NCBI GenBank assembly: GCA_034530615.2
Contig: JAVRCV020000003.1
Coordinates: 1 to 64,000, forward strand
Length of the DNA stretch: 64,000 nt
Reading direction: 5' to 3'
DNA from: Aulosira sp. ZfuVER01
GTDB taxonomy: Bacteria; Cyanobacteriota; Cyanobacteriia; Cyanobacteriales; Nostocaceae
The notes below the pieces were generated by a model. It was given only the letters and a program-made list of their open reading frames with translations. It did not search any database and was not told the origin of the DNA. Made by a program: the position numbers and the translations under genes. This document shows positions 31,038 through 43,984 of this stretch, one piece after another (within the stretch, counting starts at the first letter, position 1; the number at the start of each line of letters is the position of its first letter).

Positions 31038-31784
31038 ATGATGATTAAAGACAAAGTTGTGATTATTACCGGCGCCTCATCAGGGATTGGTGAAGCCAGT
31101 GCGAAATTGCTTGCAAGCAAAGGCGCTAAAGTCGTATTGGGCGCGCGACGCGATCGCCAATTGAAACAACTGGTTGATGAAATTCAAAAAGCTGGCGGAC
31201 AAGCAGCCTATCAAGTGATGGATGTGGTTAACCCATCTGATAACGCCCAGATCGTCAAGCTTGCCAAGGAAACATTTGGAGGTGTCGATGTTATTTTCTT
31301 GAACGCTGGCATCATGCCCACTTCTCCACTTTCTGCACTGAAAACTGATGAATGGAATCAAACGGTTGATATCAATATCAAGGGTGTACTAAATGGTATC
31401 GCTGCTGTGTTGCCAACGTTTGTTAGCCAAAAGTCTGGGCACGCGATCGCTACGTCATCGGTTGCTGGATTAAAAGCTTATCCAGGTGGTGCGATCTATG
31501 GTGGGACGAAATGGTTTGTACGCGATTTCATGGAAGTTCTACGCATGGAGTCTGCTCAAGAGGGGACTAACATTCGGACTGCGACAATTTATCCTGCTGC
31601 AATTAACACTGAGTTGTTGAATCAGATTACCCACCAAGATGCGGCTGAAAAAATGACAAAGTTGTATCAGCAATATGGCATCTCACCCGATCGAGTAGCC
31701 AATGTTGTGGCGTTTGCGATTGACCAGCCAGAAGACACAAACGTGAACGAATTTACGATTGGCCCAACCACGCAGCCTTGGTGA
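31038..31784 (+). CDS. SDR family oxidoreductase
   Basis: TGASSGIG, NAG and YxxxK (YGGTK). Confidence 0.93.
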   Translation: MMIKDKVVIITGASSGIGEASAKLLASKGAKVVLGARRDRQLKQLVDEIQKAGGQAAYQVMDVVNPSDNAQIVKLAKETFGGVDVIFLNAGIMPTSPLSALKTDEWNQTVDINIKGVLNGIAAVLPTFVSQKSGHAIATSSVAGLKAYPGGAIYGGTKWFVRDFMEVLRMESAQEGTNIRTATIYPAAINTELLNQITHQDAAEKMTKLYQQYGISPDRVANVVAFAIDQPEDTNVNEFTIGPTTQPW

Positions 31785-31873
31785 TGGCGGTTAGGCTAAG
31801 TGCGATCGCATCTCAATGGGATAATCATGCAAAAGCACAAACTTGACAACAGCAACGACTACCCGCAAAGGAG

Positions 31874-33569
<1,696 letters not shown>

Positions 33570-33580
33570 GGCAATATTAG

Positions 33581-34600
<1,020 letters not shown>

Positions 34601-34669
34601 ATAGCGAAAAATATGTTCTCTCAGATACTGAAGAAGCTCGCGCGGGCACACTGCATGAGGCTGTAAAAG

Positions 34670-37294
34670 TCAAGATGATTGCATCGGATTAACTGGGTTA
34701 ATTAAACCCTGTGCCGTACCAAATAGATTGATCGGATTGCGACCATCGGTAATTAAAACACTTTGTAAACCCAAAGCTTGCAATAATCTTGCCTGCATTT
34801 CTGGCCCGGCTTGTGCCATTGCTATCAAGGTTTCTGCGCCAATCGCTGCTACTTTCTCGCGGAACTCTGCACTGGTAATTTCCGCCATTCGCTGTGCTTT
34901 TTCTATCTCTAAACCAACAAGTGCTTGTTGGTGGGCGAGTTCTGCCATTTGTCGGGCGCGTAATTGCGCTAATTCTGCTTCGGCGCGAATTCTGGCGGCT
35001 TCTGCTTCTTGTTGTGCCAAATTTACTGCTAATTCGCCTTGAATTCTGGCGGCTTCTGCTTTCGCTCTAGCTTCAGCTGTAGCATGACCTGTAGCTTCAA
35101 TTGCGGCGTTTTCTGCTTCTAATTCCAGCAGGTTTTTCCGCTCACTTGCGGCTGCACTTTTATCGACAATTGCTTGCCTTTCTAATCTAGCTTTTGCTTC
35201 TTGTTCGATCCGTTCCGCATCATGACGAGCTGCGGCTTCTTGGGCATCGGTGGTAATTTGAATGGCAATTTGCACCGACTTTTGTAGGCTGTCTAAGGTA
35301 CGTTCGTCAACAGGCTCAACGGATTGAATATCAACATTAAATATCACCAAATTATTGGTTCTAAACCGGAATTCTTCGCCAACGTGTCCCGCTTCATCAA
35401 TACCAAAGACGGCGGTGCGAATAATTCGGGCAGAATTGCGGTGAAATTCATCAAATTTGACACCTGCTACTGCACCACGCACACGAGATGCGATCGCTTT
35501 ACAAGCTGTATCGACAAAATCCGGTACTTGAAACAGTTTGGCAGCAGCTTGTTCGTCGTGACGCTCAACGTCAAAATACCAGTTATAGGACAATCGCAGT
35601 TGGAGGCGTGCATGATCGGAAGTTTCCACGGCAAATAAATCCGTCATAAAATCTGGCCCTAGTAATAACGCCAGTGACTTAATGCGATGCATTTGTTTGG
35701 GTACACCACCTGACAAACTCAACACGGTAAAGGCTTCATCAGGCCCCAACATTACCAAATCCGGGCCAAAAACAGTGCGCGCAGTTCTTTCTTTATAATC
35801 GTGGATCTGAACTGCGGCATTTTGGGGAACGTGAAACACAACCGCCCTGGTGCGATCGCGTTTTTTGGCTGGAGCTGAATCTGTTTGCACCTGGTGATGC
35901 TGTCCGCGATCGGAAATGGGGTCAAGTTTGTGTGCTAGCAGTTCTTCTACGACGGTTGGTACTTCTTTTTGCCAAAGTTCTTCATAGGGGGTGAGCATAT
36001 AGGCTTGAGGGCCACTCACTAGCTTAAGTTCGCCTGTTTGAATATCTCGGACGTAAATTCCTTCATTCTTATCCAAGGGGATAGCTTGGCGTTTCTCAAC
36101 TACTTCCACTTCCACACGCGGAATGTAATCTCTGGGGCCAGTAATCATCCACATATCACCAGGTTGGCGTTGAATCCGATTTGCGCCTTCACCTTCTTCC
36201 AAAGCTTCTTTAGCGCGGAGTAACAATGCTTCTTGCTCGCCTAAAACATAAACTTTTTCGATCCCCTTTTCTAAAGATTCTCCAGGATGCAGGAAAAATG
36301 AAATTCTACCTTGACGTACCTCACGCATTCCTAATTGTGGTTTACCTGCATCATCAATTGGGTTAACAACAATACACCATTCTCTGTCACCCAAAATCGT
36401 AATTTTAACTTCTCCTACCACCACTTCATAAACATCAGGAATGTGGATTTCTGTGTCTTCAAAAGTTACTAACCATTCATCTCCAGCTTTGCGCTGACGA
36501 CCAAAAACATCGTTAAATGTGCGTTGCGCCCGCAGATGTAAGGCTGTCTTTTCTGTTAACACGTAGGCATTAATCATGCCCACCACTTCTTCATCAACCC
36601 CAGGTAAATAAGCTCCTTCTTCTCTTACCAACCACTCTTCACCAGATCTACGCTGATTACCCAGGCGATCGGTGCAATTTTGCCGCGCTAATAAGCGTAA
36701 AGCTTGGTTAGGCTTAATGATTTGCGCCGTAACTCTTTCGATGACTTCTACTTCTACACGGGGAATATAAGTTCCAGGGCCTTCAAATAGCCACTCATCT
36801 CCCGCCAAACGATTGATATTTCTAGTTTGAATTTGTCCGTCAACTGTAACGCTAATCGTATCAGTGAAATCTCGAAGCGATCGCAGACGTAAAGCTTGAT
36901 TAGTCTCAACCACTTGCAGGCGCTTAATTTCTCCCTCTAACTCTTCGCCAGGATACAGGGGAAATGGTTCTTGGGCAAAACGGATTTCTTCGTCACCGTA
37001 CCGTAGTTTTACCTGACCGAAGTCATCAGTGATGGGTTGATTTTCCGCGTTACGTTGCACTGGATTTGCAACTATACAATAATGGCGTGGTGGAACCACT
37101 ATCATAGGCTCAGGTTTTAATATCAACCGTTCGTGGTCGCGCAGAGTAATGGTTTGAGGCCCAACTTCCAATCGGGTAACACCAGTATTGTTGTCTAAAA
37201 CATGAATAAATTGCTGGGGTTTTAGGCGAATAACACCACTAGAAGTTCCCGGAGCATCGCTTTTAGTTTCAATTTTACGTTCGGTTGTATTCAT
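34670..37294 (-). CDS. mvp: major vault protein (MVP) homologue, full length
   Basis: N-terminal vault repeats (HVLDNNTGVTRLEVGP, VPPRHYCIVANPV, PFPLYPGE, AGDEWLFEGPGTYIP, AIPLDKNEGIYVRD), shoulder domain (LLLGPDFMTD..VETSDHARLQLRLSYNWYF, ACKAIASRVRGAVA), cap helix (VDIQSVEPVDERTLDSLQKSVQIAIQITT) and cap end (AGPEMQARLLQALGL..LITDGRNPINLF). Confidence 0.95.
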   Translation of the reverse strand: MNTTERKIETKSDAPGTSSGVIRLKPQQFIHVLDNNTGVTRLEVGPQTITLRDHERLILKPEPMIVVPPRHYCIVANPVQRNAENQPITDDFGQVKLRYGDEEIRFAQEPFPLYPGEELEGEIKRLQVVETNQALRLRSLRDFTDTISVTVDGQIQTRNINRLAGDEWLFEGPGTYIPRVEVEVIERVTAQIIKPNQALRLLARQNCTDRLGNQRRSGEEWLVREEGAYLPGVDEEVVGMINAYVLTEKTALHLRAQRTFNDVFGRQRKAGDEWLVTFEDTEIHIPDVYEVVVGEVKITILGDREWCIVVNPIDDAGKPQLGMREVRQGRISFFLHPGESLEKGIEKVYVLGEQEALLLRAKEALEEGEGANRIQRQPGDMWMITGPRDYIPRVEVEVVEKRQAIPLDKNEGIYVRDIQTGELKLVSGPQAYMLTPYEELWQKEVPTVVEELLAHKLDPISDRGQHHQVQTDSAPAKKRDRTRAVVFHVPQNAAVQIHDYKERTARTVFGPDLVMLGPDEAFTVLSLSGGVPKQMHRIKSLALLLGPDFMTDLFAVETSDHARLQLRLSYNWYFDVERHDEQAAAKLFQVPDFVDTACKAIASRVRGAVAGVKFDEFHRNSARIIRTAVFGIDEAGHVGEEFRFRTNNLVIFNVDIQSVEPVDERTLDSLQKSVQIAIQITTDAQEAAARHDAERIEQEAKARLERQAIVDKSAAASERKNLLELEAENAAIEATGHATAEARAKAEAARIQGELAVNLAQQEAEAARIRAEAELAQLRARQMAELAHQQALVGLEIEKAQRMAEITSAEFREKVAAIGAETLIAMAQAGPEMQARLLQALGLQSVLITDGRNPINLFGTAQGLINPVNPMQSS

Positions 37295-37589
37295 AAATTA
37301 ATTAATGTTTTTAAAGGTTAAAATTTTTGTATATAGAAATATAACTTCAAATAATTATTTTGACTCTGCGCTCCTGCAACCTTACTCTAATGGGAAATTT
37401 TTGCTCAATCCTAACTTATTTGTATAATAATGTCTCGATATTTTGAATTTAATTAAAGTAGATTTATGTAAATATTTGTGATTGCGATCGCGCAATCGGG
37501 GAAGATCGAGGAAGAAACAGCATAACAATCCCTGCATCAATCTAGTAGATGATTGTGCTACAGAGTAACGCAAAATTATCGGTTTTTAT

Positions 37590-37927
37590 CCGTAAGTAAA
37601 TTGTTTGATAGCCTGCCATACCTAATTGGTGTCAACTTAACGTGAAAGGCTTTGTTACTAAAGATATTTGATCCCCCTAAATCCCCCTTAAAAAGGGGGA
37701 CTTTGATTCTTTTCCCCCCTTTTTTAAGGGGGGGTTAGGGGGGATAGAAAGTTTATGGTGCTAAGAGAGATAACCTCAAAGACTTACGCTGTATACATCT
37801 AGGCTTAAGTTGACACCAATGGCCATACCTGTGCCACTAATAAGTGTTGATGACAAGCGTTTAAAACATGGCTAAATATCCTCAGCGTTTTGAGAATTTT
37901 CCGCAGTTATGAGAATGGGATATTCAT
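37590..37927 (-). pseudogene. decayed 5' remnant of the gene translationally coupled to dpdE (possibly dpdF)
   Basis: The ATG overlaps the dpdE stop (TGATG at 37929-37925). With the MITE removed it reads MNIPFS*LRKILKTLRIFSHVLNACHQHLLVAQVWQAIKQFTYG*. The dpdF identity is inferred from typical operon order. Confidence 0.4.
37624..37821. mobile_element. MITE family B, 198 bp, 9-bp target duplication
   Basis: TIRs aattggtgtcaacttaa / ttaagttgacaccaatg, flanked by gccatacct at 37615-37623 and 37822-37830. Confidence 0.9.
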
Positions 37928-40900
37928 CAATCATCCTCCTCAGACTTAGCTGGATGTTGCCCAGAAACGATAATAAAACCAACAGAATCTAGGCGAATAG
38001 TAGGATTACGAATCCCATCAATAATTACCTGATTTAATGCCGTTTCGTTATTAAGTTCTTGCTCCAGTACCGGAGCGGAAAATCGCTCTTGGTTAGTAAG
38101 TCGGTTGAAACGCAGGCGTAATTGGTCTAGTCTCTTACCTAATTTTTGTTCAGCACGGGTGGCGCTGTTTTCACATAATCCAATAAATTCGGGACGCTGA
38201 CTGAGTAATTCCAAAGATGTGCGATGCGCCTGATAGCAAAATTCTGACCAATTGCTAGACTCAATAAAGTTATCAAGAATAGATAAACGACTTTTGGCTA
38301 AGTTGTAATCTCGGAATTTACCCCCTTTGCCTTTATAAGGACGGTGCAGAATGTTTAAAAGTGTTTCATCTTCAACAGCACACATTGGTTCATTTCGTGC
38401 ATCAATAAATACACTTTCTACAATTGGCGGGAATAAACCATCGACCAGTCTTTGCAAAATTTTAGATTTGGGATTGTTTCCTTGGTAATTTGTTAAATTG
38501 GTTTCAATAATGTAATTAAATCGGAAACCATACCATTCTTCACCTTCTCCTGCGTTCCAAGTTTCTTCAACTCGCCACATCGCAAAAGCTTTACCCCGGT
38601 CATCCCAATGGATATAAGATGATAATGCTTCTACAAATTTTTCACCAATACGGTAGAGTTTTGCATCAGGTTGTTGATTGGCTACCTCACGGTTAAAAGT
38701 CCCAAATTCTTCTAAAACATCTGCAAAATAACTACTCAAATCATCTGCTGGAATTAATGTATTTTCGGTAGGTTTATAACGCTTAAGTGTCGAGAAATTA
38801 GGATTAGTGATGGTTTTAAAGTTCAATGCCTGACAAATCCAATTTTCAGTTATTTTTTGAATTTCTTGATGACGGGCATCATAATCATCTAAAACTTGAA
38901 AATATTGGGTAGCACTTTCATCCAAGGCATCTATTTCATCTAAGGCGTTTTGTTCGCTAATTTTTACTTGTTCCTGTTCAATTTCTTGGGGAATTATTTC
39001 GATACTTTCCAAAATTCCCTTTGCACCAGATTTAAACAGGATTTCTGCTAATACTGGTAATTTTTCCTCAACATAAAACTGGAGACTAGCAATGGATTGC
39101 TTAAAGATATTAAACCCTTCTTTTAATAAGCGATACCAGGCATCATGGAGACTATCCGGTAAGTCTACGCCAGCAAATACTGTTAACTCAACGTTCAATG
39201 AACGACCAATCCGGTCTATTCTACCAATTCTGTGTTCTATACGATTTGGCGACCAAGGCAGGTCAAAATAGATCATGTTGTTGATAAATTGTAAGTTACG
39301 TCCTTCTTCGCCGGAAGAATCGCAAACTAAAATAAAGCATTTGGGGTCTTGTTTAAATTGATTTAAGTTCTTCTCTACTTGAGAGGGAGTTTGTCCAACT
39401 TGATGGCTGACAACAGTCCCTTCACCAAAACGATCGCTCAAGTAGCGGACAATTTCGGCGCAAGTTTGCACAAAGCTGGTAAATACAACAATTTTTGGCC
39501 AACTGTCTCCCGGGATCGGTCTTTTAATCCGTTGTTGAACCTCTGCAAGCAATTTCGGGAGGTTGAATTTCAAGGATTGTAATTTTAAAGGTTCGCAGAG
39601 TTGGTAAAGTATGACTGTCTTGAGTAATTCCAGGCGATCGCCATCCTCTGAAGGCTGTTCGATAATTCGCAGCAAGCTTTGCAAAATCTCTGCTTCTCCA
39701 GCAAATTTAGGAGTTTCAGTGAGGATGCGAAGGCTATCAGCGCCAAATTCCCGAATTAATTCCGCAGGCGAGACACTCTTTAAACGTGCTTGAATTACTT
39801 GTGTAAAAATACCCAACCAAGTACCAGAAGCACGGAAGAACAAGAGAAAAATGTGGTGATATTGTTTCTCATCAGGAGCCGCATTACGCCACGCCTCAAT
39901 TAATTCGTGAATGTCAGGCGATCGCTCGTCTAAATCGTACTCGGCTCTAGGTGTAATATTCCGGTCAAAAATTACATCTTCTACAGAAGCACGACGATTG
40001 CGAAGCATCCTTCTGTGAAGTCTGTAGGTATCGCTAATATGGGTACGAATTGCCCTGACAATTTCAACGGTATCGTCAGCCTTTGCTTGTAAACTGTTTT
40101 CTAGATTGTCTGCCAATTTCAGTAAATACTCATCTTCAGCAAACAGATTACGGAGATGCTGGAGATTAGTTTTCAGGACGGAGAGGTTTGCGCCTTCTTG
40201 AAATGACAGCAGAATTCGACCAATATCTTGGCGTTTGACTACCCGATCGCGAAAACCTGCTAAGTCATCAAGTTGATAAGTTTTTGGGTCAAGCAGATGC
40301 AGCATTGCGAGAAAATCTTGCTCGTGGTTGAGAACCGGGGTAGCCGAAAGTAGAAGCAGGCGATCGCTTTTATGGGCAAGATGTTTGCAACTCTCAAAAC
40401 GCTGGCGCATTGCTGCATCGCTAGAGGTCGCCATTGCTGCAATGTGGTGTGCTTCATCTAAAATTAGCAAGCCAATCTTCGCTTTTGGGTTGATTTTATG
40501 AAGATTCTCAACCGCAAGCACTGCTAGCCGTTTGGGAAAGTGGGAGATGTAAAACTTATTTTCTAATTCCTGCTGCCATTGTTGAAGTAAATATTGCGGA
40601 ACTAGCACTACCACATATCCAGAAGGTTCATCCAATAAATATTGACGAACAATCGTACCAGCTTCGATGGTTTTTCCTAGTCCAACTTCATCCGCCAGTA
40701 GATAGCGTTGAATCGGGTCTTCGAGTACACGACGGACAACTTCAACTTGATGTGGATAAAGCTTAATATTAGCGGAAATTAATCCCGTCATTCCCCGACT
40801 GACAGCCCGTTGTTCAATTAAGCATTTAACAAAAGCAAAGCGCCTATCGTGGAAGTAGGGGGTTTCTTGCCCCTTCATTGCCAGCGTCTCAATGGGGTCT

Positions 40901-41232
40901 GGTTGAGGTAAACTACAACGCACGTATATTTGTTGTTCGCTGACTGCGATCGTCTTTTTATCAGGTAAATCAACGAGATACTGATAAAGTTCCTCATCCC
41001 ACTCGTAAATTCTGCCAATCAGCCATGCTTCTTGACTTTCCAGGCAAATATAGCATCGAGTTTGACAATCCAGTTTGAAGCGATATAGCGAACTTAAAGG
41101 TAAACTTTTTTCTATACGTTTTCCAACTGAGCAAAAATACTCAACTATTGCCTGAGTATCAGATATCTTAATTACCTTCCCTACGCCCAAGCTGTTATTT
41201 CGGGAACGTACCAACGAACCAATTTTTATCAT
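37927..41232 (-). CDS. dpdE: SNF2/RapA-like helicase, DpdE-type
   Basis: LLADEVGLGKTIEAG, LILDEAHH, LLLSATP, GEEGRNLQ and PWSPNRIEHRIGRIDRIG; 1101 aa with N-terminal GVGKV...VEYF domain. The SNF2 call is firm; the dpdE subfamily call is by recognition. Confidence 0.75.
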   Translation of the reverse strand: MIKIGSLVRSRNNSLGVGKVIKISDTQAIVEYFCSVGKRIEKSLPLSSLYRFKLDCQTRCYICLESQEAWLIGRIYEWDEELYQYLVDLPDKKTIAVSEQQIYVRCSLPQPDPIETLAMKGQETPYFHDRRFAFVKCLIEQRAVSRGMTGLISANIKLYPHQVEVVRRVLEDPIQRYLLADEVGLGKTIEAGTIVRQYLLDEPSGYVVVLVPQYLLQQWQQELENKFYISHFPKRLAVLAVENLHKINPKAKIGLLILDEAHHIAAMATSSDAAMRQRFESCKHLAHKSDRLLLLSATPVLNHEQDFLAMLHLLDPKTYQLDDLAGFRDRVVKRQDIGRILLSFQEGANLSVLKTNLQHLRNLFAEDEYLLKLADNLENSLQAKADDTVEIVRAIRTHISDTYRLHRRMLRNRRASVEDVIFDRNITPRAEYDLDERSPDIHELIEAWRNAAPDEKQYHHIFLLFFRASGTWLGIFTQVIQARLKSVSPAELIREFGADSLRILTETPKFAGEAEILQSLLRIIEQPSEDGDRLELLKTVILYQLCEPLKLQSLKFNLPKLLAEVQQRIKRPIPGDSWPKIVVFTSFVQTCAEIVRYLSDRFGEGTVVSHQVGQTPSQVEKNLNQFKQDPKCFILVCDSSGEEGRNLQFINNMIYFDLPWSPNRIEHRIGRIDRIGRSLNVELTVFAGVDLPDSLHDAWYRLLKEGFNIFKQSIASLQFYVEEKLPVLAEILFKSGAKGILESIEIIPQEIEQEQVKISEQNALDEIDALDESATQYFQVLDDYDARHQEIQKITENWICQALNFKTITNPNFSTLKRYKPTENTLIPADDLSSYFADVLEEFGTFNREVANQQPDAKLYRIGEKFVEALSSYIHWDDRGKAFAMWRVEETWNAGEGEEWYGFRFNYIIETNLTNYQGNNPKSKILQRLVDGLFPPIVESVFIDARNEPMCAVEDETLLNILHRPYKGKGGKFRDYNLAKSRLSILDNFIESSNWSEFCYQAHRTSLELLSQRPEFIGLCENSATRAEQKLGKRLDQLRLRFNRLTNQERFSAPVLEQELNNETALNQVIIDGIRNPTIRLDSVGFIIVSGQHPAKSEEDD

Positions 41233-41745
41233 GCTCTAAATCCACGAAATAGGTTAGCATTAAGCTTTTCATAGCACCCATATAGCCTACTGTATCCGCG
41301 TGCTATTCGCTTTTTACAAGATAGCTTCTTTCACATAGAGAGACAGTTAACGCGAAGCGCTGCATAAGCTATGCTGAGGCTATCTAATACCTCCAGGCGT
41401 TCTACCACTTTAGTTAAAAGTGAATCATAAACTAAGTTGTCAGCTTGTAATTTCCAATTTGCTACTTTTTGCAGCTTGGTCTGTAAGAAAGCAATTTGCA
41501 TCACTATTAATTTACCAGTAGTACACCCAAAGGAAAATAATTATATATTTATATGCTTCCCTTAGACAAGAAAACTCGCGCCTGCGATTTATTTCTCTAC
41601 ACACAAAAATCAGTAAAAATCCAGTATAAATAACAACTACATTAAAACTTCCTGGGAACCATTCCTGTTGCCAAACTTACTGCCATATTTTTCATTCCAC
41701 CACAACCAACCAGTAGAATCTTGACGTTGGACTCTTGACTATTAC

Positions 41746-42261
41746 CTATTCTGCCTTCTTTAATTCACTATCACTATTAACTAATATTTTACTCATTTTA
41801 GTAACTGGAACAATTATCCCTTTTCTTAATTGATGCGGCGCTCTTTTGATAAAAGTAAAACCCAGGTGTGAATAAAAGCCTTCAGCATAAAGGCTCGCAG
41901 TTGTAATTACTTTATCTATACCTTGCTCGCTGGCTTGATTGCAAAAATGTTTCACTAAAACTCGCCCGATTCCTTTTCTTTGGTATTTGGGATGCACATA
42001 TAAAGCTATTAGTTCATCGACAATATAACTAGCAAATCCCGCAACTATATCATTTTCAACAGCAACCCAGAAATGGTCTGCTTTCATACTCTTCATGATA
42101 TTTGAGCCATCAGGCTTGTCACGGTAATTTCGCCAAGCTAACAGTTCTTTGTGAGAATAGAAAGTTGCTGGTAGTGCTTTTATGGCAGCAATATGAATTG
42201 CACTAATATCCCATGCATCTGTTTCTTGTGCAGGTCGAAGAACGATTTCGTTAGCGCTCAT
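41746..42261 (-). CDS. GNAT-family N-acetyltransferase
   Basis: LRPAQETD, LYVHPKYQRKGIGR and ASLYAEGFYSHLGF. Confidence 0.92.
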   Translation of the reverse strand: MSANEIVLRPAQETDAWDISAIHIAAIKALPATFYSHKELLAWRNYRDKPDGSNIMKSMKADHFWVAVENDIVAGFASYIVDELIALYVHPKYQRKGIGRVLVKHFCNQASEQGIDKVITTASLYAEGFYSHLGFTFIKRAPHQLRKGIIVPVTKMSKILVNSDSELKKAE

Positions 42262-42442
42262 ATTTTTTTGTTTAAAGATATCAGTTTTTTATCAGAGATT
42301 TAACTTGCGATCGCAATCTGTAAAAAATCTCAATTCTTCAGTATCTACAGCCCAGATACCTGACTTCTACAATGGCTGGCTCTTGGCTTAAGATTGCTAT
42401 ACTACCGTCCCCAATCTCTCGATTTCGTATCAGGAAAATAAA

Positions 42443-43732
42443 ATGTCAAATTTTGAGCTAGTACTTAGGCTGTTGCTACAACTAACCGTAATTTTGGTAA
42501 CTTGTCGTCTCGTCACTATTGTTGGGAAACGATATCTGGGACAAACCGATGTTGTTTGTGAAATGATTGCTGGTGTGATGTTAGGCCCATCTTTGCTAGG
42601 TTTAATCAACCCAGACATACAGCAATGGCTATTTCCCAAAGCACCAATTTTATTAGCGACGGGAGCAAAAATCCCCAATCCTTCCATGTCAATTCTCTTC
42701 GCTGTCAGTCAAATTGGGTTGGTAATTTATATGTTTTTGATCGGCTTAGAATTCAATACCGATCTGATTAAGCAGCGACTCAAAAGTGCAGGTTTGGTTT
42801 CTGGTGCAGGGATAATTGCGCCTTTTTGTTTAGGTGCAGTTGCAGCTTTTTTCTTATATGGTAAAGGCGACTTGTTCAAACCGGGAGTGACACCTTGGGC
42901 TGCGGCTTTATATCTCGGCGCTTCTATGTCGATTACGGCATTTCCCATGTTAGCCCGGATGCTCTACGAACGCGGTATTGCCAAAACTACCTTTGGGACT
43001 TTGGCACTAGCAGCTGGTTCCATAGATGATGCAACTGCATGGTGTTTGCTAGCTATTGTCTTAGCTAGTCTGAATGCGAATACAAGTATTGCCGCCTTTG
43101 CCATTGGTGGTGGTATTGGCTACGTGCTATTCACAATTTTTGTTGGCAAACCTGCATTAACTATCTTCACTCGCATCGCACACAAAGATGGTGGTGTGAC
43201 AATTCAGACTTTAACTTTAGTGCTGATGATATTGATGTTTGGTGCGTGGTTTACTGATGCCATAGGTATCTATGCAGTATTTGGTGCTTTTATTTTAGGT
43301 ACAGCAATGCCAAGGGGGGAATTTGCCGAACAAGTACGCGATCGCACCGAATATTTAACGACGGCATTTTTACTACCAATCTTTTTTGTCTTCTCGGGAC
43401 TTAACACTCAAATCGGGCTAGTAAATACGCCTACTTTGTGGGGAATTACGCTGTTAATTGTAGCGATCGCGATTTTGGGTAAAGGTATTGCTTGTATGCT
43501 AGCAGCAAGATTTGCGGGAGAAAGTTGGCGAGAATCAGCAACTATTGGTGCGCTCATGAATGCACGCGGTTTGATGGAGTTAATTATCCTCAATATTGGT
43601 CTAGAGCAAGGCGTAATCACCCCAACTTTATTTACTATCATGGTTATTATGGCAATTGTCACAACATTGATGGCATCGCCATTAGTTGCCTTTTTATTAC
43701 AAGGTACAAGTTACGAAAAATCTCCAGCTTAA
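42443..43732 (+). CDS. cation:proton antiporter (CPA2), membrane domain only
   Basis: EMIAGVMLGPS, SITAFPMLAR, DDATAW and LMNARGLMELIILNIG. Confidence 0.93.
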   Translation: MSNFELVLRLLLQLTVILVTCRLVTIVGKRYLGQTDVVCEMIAGVMLGPSLLGLINPDIQQWLFPKAPILLATGAKIPNPSMSILFAVSQIGLVIYMFLIGLEFNTDLIKQRLKSAGLVSGAGIIAPFCLGAVAAFFLYGKGDLFKPGVTPWAAALYLGASMSITAFPMLARMLYERGIAKTTFGTLALAAGSIDDATAWCLLAIVLASLNANTSIAAFAIGGGIGYVLFTIFVGKPALTIFTRIAHKDGGVTIQTLTLVLMILMFGAWFTDAIGIYAVFGAFILGTAMPRGEFAEQVRDRTEYLTTAFLLPIFFVFSGLNTQIGLVNTPTLWGITLLIVAIAILGKGIACMLAARFAGESWRESATIGALMNARGLMELIILNIGLEQGVITPTLFTIMVIMAIVTTLMASPLVAFLLQGTSYEKSPA

Positions 43733-43852
43733 GAATAATTCAGCCAAAATTTGAGCCTATTTTGAAATCAGGCAGATGGCAGGAGGCTAAAGATTTTCAT
43801 GCTCTCATTGTGAGCAATTGTTCGTGATTGACTGTCTTAAAAATACTTTGTA

Positions 43853-43984
43853 CGGGCAGTTTGACGCCGCTTCAAGCCGACGGCAGTCCGCACAACGGGG
43901 GGAACCCCCGCAAGCGGCTGCCTCGGAAACCCGTCCAACGCATTGGCTTCTCAAGTCGGCAAAGCCGCCTACGCAACTGCCCTC
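43853..43984. repeat. GC-rich composite dispersed repeat (nested SDR/MITE-like)
   Basis: Bounded by gggcagtt...aactgccc with internal hairpins such as gggggaacccccgc; non-coding and lying between the two antiporters. Confidence 0.6.

Noticed and set aside
37295..37620. Possible vault-RNA-like ncRNA next to mvp
   Set aside because: No convincing structured RNA is visible by eye. A covariance search or RNA pull-down would be needed.
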